From an uncultured virus (IMG/VR IMGVR_UViG_3300013383_000030) (lineage: Duplodnaviria > Heunggongvirae > Uroviricota > Caudoviricetes), in the IMG/VR virus record IMGVR_UViG_3300013383_000030: a stretch of 64,000 nt of DNA; one strand, given 5' to 3'. The position numbers and the translations under genes are program-made. This document shows, one piece after another, positions 56,510 through 64,000 of this stretch (position 1 is the first letter of the stretch; every line of letters begins with the position of its first letter). Under the pieces are notes generated by a model. It was not told where the DNA came from. It searched no databases and saw only the letters and a program-made list of their open reading frames with translations.

Positions 56510-56741
56510 GCAAAAGGAAAATCGTTTGAAGCTGGCAATCACTGAAAATGATTGCCAGCTTTCAGCAAGTTAATTGTGAACTCTATGCCATGCTAAAGAC
56601 ATGGCATACAATTATAATGCAATCGTACGATTTCTTGAAATGACGGCGACGTAGGTGTATGATTGTGAACTCTATATAGAGTTCACAATATTTAAGCAGC
56701 TTAAGAGTCATTTTGAAATTGACAAAGTCAAACTCTAAATT

Positions 56742-56829
56742 TGGCGGAGAGACTGAGATTCGAACTCAGGAACCCTTTCGGATCAACGGTTTTCAAGACC
56801 GCCGCATTCAACCGCTCTGCCATCTCTCC
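56742..56829 (-). tRNA. tRNA-Ser(TGA)
   Basis: Cloverleaf, loop CT-TGA-AA, long variable arm, encoded CCA. Confidence 0.95.
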
Positions 56830-57004
56830 AAAATAAAAACATTCGATTTTCAAAGATCAATTTAGAACCATAAATGTTTATGAAAATTATATCTTAACTA
56901 TTTTTTCATTATCAACGAATTTTTGCAACTTCACTTTACTTTCACTACTTTTCTACAACAACCAGTTAAACTATCCAAATCATTTCTCCGTCATCATCGT
57001 GAAC

Positions 57005-57089
57005 TGGTCGGGGTGGGGAATTCCGAGATCCCAAGGCTTTCGCACATGATCCCAAATCATGCCCGCTTCCACTTACGGTCTACACCCCG
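57005..57089 (-). tRNA. tRNA-Pro(TGG), atypical T-loop and extra arm
   Basis: CGGGGTG acceptor, catga-TT-TGG-GA-tcatg, CCA. Confidence 0.8.
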
Positions 57090-57099
57090 TTAAAAATAT

Positions 57100-57170
57100 A
57101 AAACATGTCGGACTTGCACCGATACCGCACTCCACAAGAATGCCGCGCTTAAGCCTCTACGAAGCTTGCA
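57100..57170 (-). other. Degenerate tRNA-like structure
   Basis: T-arm atcgg-tgcaagt-ccgac and hairpin gcattc-ttgtg-gagtgc, but no clean acceptor stem. Confidence 0.3.
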
Positions 57171-57236
57171 ATCGACACGGAGGCGGACTGTTTCACGTTC
57201 ATTGTACTTCAGACGCTTCGACGATCCTTACACCAA

Positions 57237-58302
57237 TGCTGAAATGGTTTCTTATTTCTTCTCTGTCATCAAACATAGAAGTTCTAGGTTCTCAAATCAA
57301 ACAAACTATAATTTCAAGAATGATTTCAAATGAGAAGACCATCATGGCTTTGGTCAAGAAAGGTCTTCAGAAACATGGAAATCTTAAATTCAAAAGTAAA
57401 CTCAATTGCATTCTTTTGAAGCAATATGGAACAACTTATTCTTTCAAATCTTTCAACAAGGTCAAAATCCAGGGTATTTCAGGAAAAGTTTTAGTCAGGA
57501 CAGGAAACCAGCTTCAGATAGTAGATGAATTAGCAAATGCAAACTTAATCAAGAAACCAGATGGATTTTATTTGAAAGTGACAGCTTACATAAACAAAGA
57601 AAATTTTAAAGAACAGAAGAAAAATGGAAAGGAAATCGGTCTTGATTTTGGTATCGAGACAAACATAACAACTAGTGAAGGTGAAAAACTTGATGTATCT
57701 ATTGAAGAAAGTGATCGTTTAAAGAAACTTCAAAAAGAAATGTTTCGAAAAGTAAAAGGATCAAACAACAGATACAAAACAATCAAGCTAATCCAAAGAG
57801 AGTACCAGAAGCTCTCAAACGGAAAACAAGACAAAGCAAACAAGATAGTTTCAAAACTGAAAAGATATGAAACTATTGTAATGCAAGATGAACAGATATC
57901 CAACTGGCATAAAGGTTTGTTTGGAAAACAGATTCAACATAGTTGTCTAGGCTTGGTGAAAGCAAAACTGAGACGACTTCCTCAGACAATTATTCTTGAC
58001 AAATGGATTCCAACAACTAAATTATGTCCAAAATGTGGAACAATAAACAAATTCATAACTTTGAATGATAGAACTTATCATTGTGGTTGTGGATATGAAT
58101 TTGACAGAGATATCCATTCAGCTAAGAACATGTTGTTCATCAAGGATCTTGTTTTCAAAAAGAACAATTTTGTACCGATGGAACATCGGGAAATCACGCT
58201 TGTGGAGTTCAAGACCTCTGTCAATGATGCTTGTAGTATTGTTGATAAGTCTGAACGATGAAACAAGAAGATGCCATGTTTTTAGCATGGCATAGAGTTC
58301 AC
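57237..58302 (+). pseudogene. tnpB: 5'-truncated IS605-type tnpB with intact omegaRNA/right end, inside the tRNA cluster
   Basis: GLDFG, MQDE, CPKCG...DRDIHSAKN; the N-terminus and left end are missing; the right end finishes GTTCAC. Confidence 0.8.
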
Positions 58303-58306
58303 ACTT

Positions 58307-58384
58307 TGGAGCATCGGATGGGACTCGAACCCACAAAAAATCCACATTGGAAGTGTGGTGCATTGCCATTCTGCTCACCGATGC
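58307..58384 (-). tRNA. tRNA-Gly(TCC)
   Basis: ccaca-CT-TCC-AA-tgtgg; U73 plus CCA. Confidence 0.9.
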
Positions 58385-58437
58385 ATTGAAATATCTGAAG
58401 CCGCATGACTTCTCTGCCAATCTCGCATTGAAAGGTT

Positions 58438-58520
58438 TGGAGCCGGAAGTCCGATTTGAACGGACGGTGTGGAATTCCTACTTACAAAGTAGGCACTTTC
58501 GACCTCTCAGTCATTCCGGC
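58438..58520 (-). tRNA. tRNA-Thr(TGT)
   Basis: GCCGGAA acceptor; cctac-TT-TGT-AA-gtagg; CCA. Confidence 0.85.
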
Positions 58521-58547
58521 ATTTTAAAATCTTCTTTACCAAAATTT

Positions 58548-58619
58548 CGCACCTACGAGGAATCGAACCTCGAACCGATGATTAGAAATCACCTATTATA
58601 TCCATTTAACTATAGGTGC
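58548..58619 (-). tRNA. tRNA-Arg(TCT)
   Basis: ggtga-TT-TCT-AA-tcatc; no encoded CCA. Confidence 0.9.
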
Positions 58620-58627
58620 ATAAAATA

Positions 58628-59254
58628 TCATGCTTCAATGCCTGTGATGATTTTGTTCATTATTTTCTTCCTGATGATCTTCTCGATTCCAGGACTCACA
58701 TGGTATACGTCCTTCAACATGATGCTCCTCACGTAGTTCCTCGTTATTGAGGTGTCTAGGTTGCTCCTGTCGAGTACGTATTCGACATGATGTCTTTCAA
58801 TCCACCCCTCGATTTCCGCTTTCGAGACGAGGAGCATTGGGCGGAAGATGTTGAACTTCGGGTTGTGGTAAGGAATCAGCCTTGGGTTTCCGGTGAGGGA
58901 GGTCATGACCCAAGTCTCGATGCAGTCCTTCAGGTGATGAGCCATGAGAATCGGCTCGTCTGAGAACTTCTTCAGAAAAGAATACCTGCAGTTCCTCCAG
59001 TACTCCTCCTGTGATTCGTTTTTCTTTCTGTTCCTGCCAATCTTCCCGAGATGGAGTTCGATGCTGTTTTTTTCGCAATAGGCTTTGATGAAATCCTCGG
59101 CTTCCTGGCAGCATTCCGTTCCGTGGTTGAAGTGGAGGATGTCGAAGCTGTTCCTGGGGTATCTCCTCAGGAAGTCGACAAGAACCATCGAGTCGCTTCC
59201 GCCCGAACATGCAACGTGGAAATGCTGCTTTGGGATATTTCCAAGAATTTTCAT
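58628..59254 (-). CDS. tilS: tRNA(Ile)-lysidine synthetase, compact form
   Basis: SGGSDS PP-loop, HFNHG, R..RY.F, AHHLKD..ET, RPML, DRSN...RN.VR. Confidence 0.85.
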   Translation of the reverse strand: MKILGNIPKQHFHVACSGGSDSMVLVDFLRRYPRNSFDILHFNHGTECCQEAEDFIKAYCEKNSIELHLGKIGRNRKKNESQEEYWRNCRYSFLKKFSDEPILMAHHLKDCIETWVMTSLTGNPRLIPYHNPKFNIFRPMLLVSKAEIEGWIERHHVEYVLDRSNLDTSITRNYVRSIMLKDVYHVSPGIEKIIRKKIMNKIITGIEA

Positions 59255-59273
59255 GTTTTCCTTTGTGTTTAAG

Positions 59274-59362
59274 TGGCTTCCCCCGTGGGAGTCGAACCCA
59301 CAATGTCCGTTTCCGGACAAGAGATTAGGAATCTCTCCGAGTGTCCATTGTCGCAGGGGGAA
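59274..59362 (-). tRNA. tRNA-Arg(CCT) with a long variable arm
   Basis: agaga-TT-CCT-AA-tctct; variable hairpin tgtccg-gaaa-cggaca; CCA. Confidence 0.85.
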
Positions 59363-59438
59363 TTTGAAAATGTTATCGTAGTCAACCCCATCTATGTGTC
59401 TTCTGTGGGATATAACCATCTGCGTACTTCTTGAAATT

Positions 59439-59487
59439 GTCAGATACCCACAGCTGAAGACCTGACATCTTTCTCGTCAAGTTTTCT
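59439..59487 (-). mobile_element. Chimeric mini-element: class A left end fused to the right end of the 6786-8109 element
   Basis: TTAC|agaaaacttgacgagaaagatgtcaggt followed by cttcagctgtgggtatctgac, identical to 8089-8109. Confidence 0.8.
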
Positions 59488-59495
59488 GTAAAATG

Positions 59496-59569
59496 TCCTC
59501 TCGGTTGGATTTGCACCAACAACGGATCGGGTATGAGCCGACTAGTCTCACTAATTGACTTACGAGAGG
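59496..59569 (-). tRNA. tRNA with CAT anticodon (Met or Ile2)
   Basis: CCTCTCG acceptor; gtcgg-CT-CAT-AC-ccgat; T-arm gttgg-tgcaaat-ccaac. Confidence 0.85.
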
Positions 59570-59686
59570 TAGAAATCGAAATGCTCCGTAAAAGACCGGA
59601 ATGAAAGAAAACGGCTGAAACCAGGAGCGTCCGGTTTGGATTGAGAAAGGAGACCAAACCGAGTTTCATTTTTTAACGAAAGAAGC

Positions 59687-59760
59687 TGGTGGACCGAAGG
59701 GTAGTCGAAACCCTAATCCCTGAATGCAAATCAGGAGTTATGCCGTTTAACTATCAGCCC
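59687..59760 (-). tRNA. tRNA-Ala(TGC)
   Basis: G3:U70 pair; cctga-TT-TGC-AT-tcagg; CCA. Confidence 0.9.
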
Positions 59761-59763
59761 AGT

Positions 59764-59851
59764 TATAGTGGGAGTGGAAGTCGAACCAAACGTGTGATTG
59801 CTCACTGGAGGTTATGAGCCTCCTGGACTTGAGTCCATGTCCGATCCTATA
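59764..59851 (-). tRNA. Atypical or degenerate tRNA with CAT anticodon
   Basis: ggagg-CT-CAT-AA-cctcc, D stem ggac/gtcc, extra arm, GGTTCGA; acceptor and T stems are imperfect. Confidence 0.5.
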
Positions 59852-60187
59852 CTCTGAAAAAATACACCTGTCACAAACACCGGAGATGATGGCCGGAGAA
59901 ACCCAACAGGCATTGGAACGAGGGAAAGAAAGGGAAGCCCTCGTTTCCGGATTTCTTTTTTTAACGAAAGAAAATGAAAAGGGGGTGGGATGTGGTTTTC
60001 CCAAAAATATAAAAATAGGAACATCCCGTGCCCCGGTACGTTGGTCTGGATGATTGTCTCTTCGATTTTCCCTTTCCAGACCAACCGCGCACGACCTGAA
60101 CCCTGTTTATCCTCGTCGTGCCGAGTCCAAGTGCTTTTTTCAAAACGCTTGTTTTTGTTTTGTTCTTTTTTTCAAGAAATCGTTCGG

Positions 60188-60400
60188 TTGTCAAAGAGCT
60201 TCGTCCATTCAAGAACTTCGTTTGTGCCAGTATTATATCATTTTGTTTCGGGTTTGTCAAGAGGTTTTTCACCTTTTCCTTCCCTTCACAAAGAAGTTTT
60301 TGACGAACATTTCAAAGAGCGTCGAGGTCGTTTGATTTAGTCGTGTTTTCCTCGTTCCTCACGACGCCGCATATTATAGCATGTGGCAGGCTGATGTCAA
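60188..60400 (-). promoter_or_regulatory. Tandem sigma70 promoters, each followed by a boxA-like element, upstream of the tRNA cluster
   Basis: TTGACA-16-TATAAT (60400-60373) then GCTCTTTGAAA (60320-60310); TTGACA-17-TATAAT (60260-60232) then GCTCTTTGACAA (60199-60188). Confidence 0.7.
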
Positions 60401-60755
60401 GACCGTTTTCGCTTTCCGTTCAAAAAGATTCGGGACGGCTTTCGACCGTCCCGTCCCCCCCCTATGTATGGAAGCACATGTCAGGCGGTCGTGGAACAAT
60501 GGCTTCCGGGAGCATATTTAGGTATGTTCTTTGAATTAGCATTGTTCTCCGGCTTCCCGCTCATGTGTCCACAATTTTCAGTCGTTGAAATGCAGCCATC
60601 TTCAGTCGATGCGTAGTTGACGTTTACAATAAAATTAACGAGAAAGATGCCACGTTTTTAGCGTGGCATAGAGTTCACTATTGAAAAAATGTTCTACTGA
60701 TTCATGGCAACCGCTGAAGACAGGTTGCATTTTCTCAGCATAGGAGTTATAAACC

Positions 60756-61319
60756 TCACGAGACGAAATACACCATTCCGTTCCATTTCACAAGGACGGA
60801 CTCCTGCTTGAACGCGTTCCTGAGCTCCTCGGCAATCTTGAACAGTGTGTCCTTTCCGATTCCAACGACGTCGATGCTGATGGAATTCTCATTGAATGTC
60901 TTCCCTGTCTTCTGTTCGGTGTATGTTCCGACAAGATATCGTCCGATTGTCCATGCATAGACTTCATGTTTCCTGCGGATCTTGTCAAGAATCTTCATTG
61001 CGAAACGCCTGTTCTTGAATGTCTCGTAGATCTGCATAAGCTTGTTCTTGAAGGAATTCTTGGACAGTTCAACTGAATTGACATCAGTGGAGAACACAAT
61101 CGTACCTCCATTTGCAGGATTGGATGTGAAGAGGTATTTCTCCCACCTATCCTTTATATCCTCACCTTCGTCGATGAACGTGATGTCACTTTTGTCAGCG
61201 ATGACATAGAGGCATCTGTCACGAGTTGGGGTAATTTCGAACTCACCCCTGTTCTCCATGTTCTTCATTGCCTCGAAAAGGCTACTTCCGCCACCGAGTA
61301 TTGCCTTTGCGCTATGCAT
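60756..61319 (-). CDS. Hypothetical protein
   Basis: 187-aa ORF ending ...FKQESVLVK. Confidence 0.6.
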   Translation of the reverse strand: MHSAKAILGGGSSLFEAMKNMENRGEFEITPTRDRCLYVIADKSDITFIDEGEDIKDRWEKYLFTSNPANGGTIVFSTDVNSVELSKNSFKNKLMQIYETFKNRRFAMKILDKIRRKHEVYAWTIGRYLVGTYTEQKTGKTFNENSISIDVVGIGKDTLFKIAEELRNAFKQESVLVKWNGMVYFVS

Positions 61320-61335
61320 TTCACTCTCCCGAGAA

Positions 61336-61947
61336 TCAAAAAATCCGATTCAGTTTCTCGCATTCCGAAACCGCGTCGGGGTTGGATTTTTCAGCAACAT
61401 ACAGGCTCTTCAGCGAAAAAACATGCTTTCCCTTGACGATTTGGCTGGCAGGACCTCCGATGCGTTTCTCGAAGATGTCCTTGGCAAGGTTGAGGTTAAG
61501 CATTGTATTCGACTTCGTGTCGAACATCCTAATCACGTCGTCGACATTGTGTCTCTTTCCTTCGTAGTCCGTAAACGGTGTCGTGCAAACCTCGGCGCAC
61601 TTGTCTTTCGACTTGAAGATGATGCTCGACTGCTCGTACTTGTTTCCGAGTTCCATCGCGTCTTGCAGGGAGATGTTGAAAACCATGAGGGAACGTTCGT
61701 CAGATGCCTCCGATTCACCCGTCTTCTCATTTGTTTCAACCCATCTGGCGACAAGTTCGATAAAACCCAGATTCAGCTTGTCCCTGACTATTCTCTTAAG
61801 TTCTTGAAGATCTGAACGGTTCTCCCTCTCCGTTTTCGGCTCGCCGTTCGCCCTTTCGGATCTGTATGTCGAAATCATCGCAAGCGTCTTTTCGTCCTGA
61901 AGATGCTTGATTAGCCTTGTCTTTGAAATCTCGTTGACCATTTCCAT
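61336..61947 (-). CDS. Hypothetical protein, paralogue of 62021-62575
   Basis: Shared A.IS.Y, LG..Y.Q.SIIFK and E.CT.P.TD..GKR motifs. Confidence 0.65.
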   Translation of the reverse strand: MEMVNEISKTRLIKHLQDEKTLAMISTYRSERANGEPKTERENRSDLQELKRIVRDKLNLGFIELVARWVETNEKTGESEASDERSLMVFNISLQDAMELGNKYEQSSIIFKSKDKCAEVCTTPFTDYEGKRHNVDDVIRMFDTKSNTMLNLNLAKDIFEKRIGGPASQIVKGKHVFSLKSLYVAEKSNPDAVSECEKLNRIF

Positions 61948-62020
61948 GATTCTATTCCTTTATATAATATATAATATATAATATATATAATTACAGGATA
62001 TTTCGATTTCCCGGAACTGC

Positions 62021-62575
62021 TCACAAAATAGGAAACAGTCTTTCTTCACGTGAGAATACGGTCGGTTTCGGATCCTCTACCTTATAAACTCCACTCAATG
62101 TGTATGAATTCCCATCACCGTTGGATTTGCCGCCGGGACAACCAACGCGTCTTGTGAAAATTTCCCTCGCCATGTCGGGTGTCTTGACATCGAAAGTCCT
62201 GACGACGTCTCCTTCACGATATCTTTTCCCATCAAAGTCCGTGTATGGGATTGTGCATATCTCCCGGCATTCACTCCCTGTCTTGAATATAATGCTCAAC
62301 TGGTTGTATTCCTTGCCAAGCAACATTGCCGTTTTCAATGGAATGTCGAAAACCATTGAACAGAATTCTTTAACATTTTCCGTATCATTCGTCTTGTCAT
62401 CGGTTCTAGACCATTTTAAGAAAAACTGCGTGACATAGAACTTCAGATGCCGGATTGACCATTTGAGACCACTCCGAGCCTCTTGGATTTCATCTTCTGT
62501 CATTCCATTTTTATATGCTGAAATCAGAGCATAAGACTTATACGTCTGGAACACGTTGAGAAAGTTTTCTTTCAT
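62021..62575 (-). CDS. Hypothetical protein, paralogue of 61336-61947
   Basis: Same shared motifs; a class C element abuts the ATG at 62575. Confidence 0.65.
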   Translation of the reverse strand: MKENFLNVFQTYKSYALISAYKNGMTEDEIQEARSGLKWSIRHLKFYVTQFFLKWSRTDDKTNDTENVKEFCSMVFDIPLKTAMLLGKEYNQLSIIFKTGSECREICTIPYTDFDGKRYREGDVVRTFDVKTPDMAREIFTRRVGCPGGKSNGDGNSYTLSGVYKVEDPKPTVFSREERLFPIL

Positions 62576-62644
62576 AATTTTCAACCGAGGAAACGCAGCC
62601 ATCTTCAGTCGGTGCGTAGTTGACGTTATCATAGTTTTTTGGTT

Positions 62645-62899
62645 TCACTCTTCCGCTTTCAGTGCTTCCTGATACCTCTCCTCTATGCTGTCGTGAGAGT
62701 TTCTGTTCCCGAAGAAGAAGCGGTAGAGCCCGTTGGAGAGGAACGGAATCGCAACGGTAAGAATGGCAAGCGCAACAATGACCATAAGGATGTTTTTGAT
62801 CGGGGTGTCGAACAGGTCGGAGAGGACTTCCAAGGTCACTCTCACGACAATCGTTCCGATGATGATGCCGAACACGAGCGCTATGACGACAAACAGCAT
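62645..62899 (-). CDS. Small two-TM membrane protein
   Basis: Two hydrophobic segments. Confidence 0.55.
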   Translation of the reverse strand: MLFVVIALVFGIIIGTIVVRVTLEVLSDLFDTPIKNILMVIVALAILTVAIPFLSNGLYRFFFGNRNSHDSIEERYQEALKAEE

Positions 62900-62905
62900 T
62901 TCGAA

Positions 62906-63586
62906 TCACTTCAGTGAATTGATGTACTTCTCGATGTCGTCCGTGGACATGCCGGAATCCTGTTCCGGTTCAAGCATGGTCTCCATTCTGACGGTTTCGC
63001 GGATTTCGTCGTCCTTCAGCTTCTCGACAGAGACGCCGACATCCGACTCGCCGATTCCGTTCACATCCTCGACGATTGAGTTCACGGACTTCAGCGTATC
63101 AACACATTCCTTCTTCGACTCGAGCGATGCGATATTTAGCTTGCTCCGGTCAAGATTGGACTTCAACACCTTCATTGTCTGGTTCAGTTTCGTGATGGCA
63201 TTTGAATATGTGCTGCAGATGTTCCTGTGGTTCGCGACCTGCCTGTTTACAATCTCATACTGTTCCCTCGTGCGCTTGAACGCCTCCGGGTCCGAGGCGC
63301 CGATTCTGATCAGTTCAGCTTTAAGGTGTTTCGACTGCTTCTCGAGAGACTCAACCTTCCTGGTGTTCAGCGTAAGTTCTACCGTGAACTTCCTGATGGA
63401 CTTTTCGCATTCAACCTTCCTGTCATGCAGCTCGACGTACTTTTGTTTGTAGTTGTCTACAACGAACCTGTCGTTCAAGTCGTCGTTGACCGTGTTCCTG
63501 ACGTGGTAGAATGCGCCCTTCAAAGACGGAAACACAATTAGAAGCAGCACTACAACGCCACTAACAATGATAACTTTTTTTGTCAT
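62906..63586 (-). CDS. Membrane-anchored coiled-coil protein (PspA/IM30-like)
   Basis: N-terminal hydrophobic helix followed by a long coiled coil. Confidence 0.5.
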   Translation of the reverse strand: MTKKVIIVSGVVVLLLIVFPSLKGAFYHVRNTVNDDLNDRFVVDNYKQKYVELHDRKVECEKSIRKFTVELTLNTRKVESLEKQSKHLKAELIRIGASDPEAFKRTREQYEIVNRQVANHRNICSTYSNAITKLNQTMKVLKSNLDRSKLNIASLESKKECVDTLKSVNSIVEDVNGIGESDVGVSVEKLKDDEIRETVRMETMLEPEQDSGMSTDDIEKYINSLK

Positions 63587-63657
63587 ATATTATTTCTCCT
63601 TCGAATATACCGCTATTATAGCATATTCGAAGGAGATTGCAAACACTTTTTGAAATT

Positions 63658-63894
63658 TTAGACCCCGAGGAGGCGGTTTTTCAGGGAGCGGAATGTGTAT
63701 GAGCCGCCGTTGTGAAAAAACGCAGACCCGGAAACCGAATAGACCCTTCGTCCATTCTTGTTTGAATAGAGGGTAAACGTGCCGAATTTGGTATGCGTTT
63801 TTCTGGAGCCTCTCTTGTGGAAGCTCATTTTGTCGATGTTGGCGAGAACCTTTCTCGCCTCTGTATATCTCATTTTCTTGTATGAGTTGTGCAT
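63658..63894 (-). CDS. Small basic hypothetical protein
   Basis: 78-aa ORF with an upstream AGGGA. Confidence 0.4.
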   Translation of the reverse strand: MHNSYKKMRYTEARKVLANIDKMSFHKRGSRKTHTKFGTFTLYSNKNGRRVYSVSGSAFFHNGGSYTFRSLKNRLLGV

Positions 63895-64000
63895 TTTTTT
63901 CAGTCCCTTCGTTATTTTTTTTCAGTCCCTTCGTTGCGGAAAATCTCAATATATGATGCGGTTTTCTTTTTTCTTTCTTGGGGCTTTTTCCCTTATGGCA

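Noticed and set aside
57059..57236. N-terminus of the listed 400-aa TnpB ORF
   Set aside because: It overlaps tRNA-Pro and a tRNA-like structure on the other strand and has no TnpB character; a chance open frame.
58438..58520. tRNA-Tyr(GTA)
   Set aside because: The loop register gives TGT and the acceptor is Thr-like.
58548..58619. Possible amber suppressor tRNA (loop contains CTA)
   Set aside because: The 7-nt loop is TT-TCT-AA, so the anticodon is TCT (Arg). The same applies to 59274-59362 (TT-CCT-AA).
59255..59419. N-terminal extension of TilS in the ORF track
   Set aside because: It overlaps tRNA-Arg(CCT); the ATG at 59254 has an AAAGGA RBS.
8614..60678. CRISPR array made of the ~50-bp repeats
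   Set aside because: The copies are dispersed on both strands without regular spacers and match tnpB element ends; no cas genes are seen.
61960..61992. (TATATAA)n tandem repeat
   Set aside because: A short low-complexity intergenic run with no evidence of function.

Overview
A 64-kb segment of a large T4-like (jumbo) myophage that reads TAG as Gln (code 15). Many short ORFs in the supplied track join across in-frame TAGs into full-length genes: large terminase, gp13 neck, gp3 tail completion, gp55-like late sigma, tail fibres and both IS607 elements. One tnpB copy has TAG exactly where two sister copies have CAG. The window also carries replication genes (RNase H, clamp loader), host-like expression machinery (IF3, NusA, sigma70-type factor, TilS, ClpP), RNA-repair enzymes, a MoxR/VWA pair, two Dam methylases and a tRNA cluster behind rrn-like tandem promoters with boxA. 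The most striking unannotated structure is a set of about 25 tiny IS200/IS605-end-derived elements, mostly ~50 bp. Their guide tetranucleotide co-varies with the target tetranucleotide as the IS608 pairing rule predicts. The commonest class targets TTAC, the reverse complement of the putative late-promoter core GTAAATA, so it sits just upstream of late genes. The set also includes an omegaRNA-only mini-element, a chimera of two IS families, and a copy whose removal restores a gene. All calls come from reading the sequence and recognising motifs; no database searches were run.
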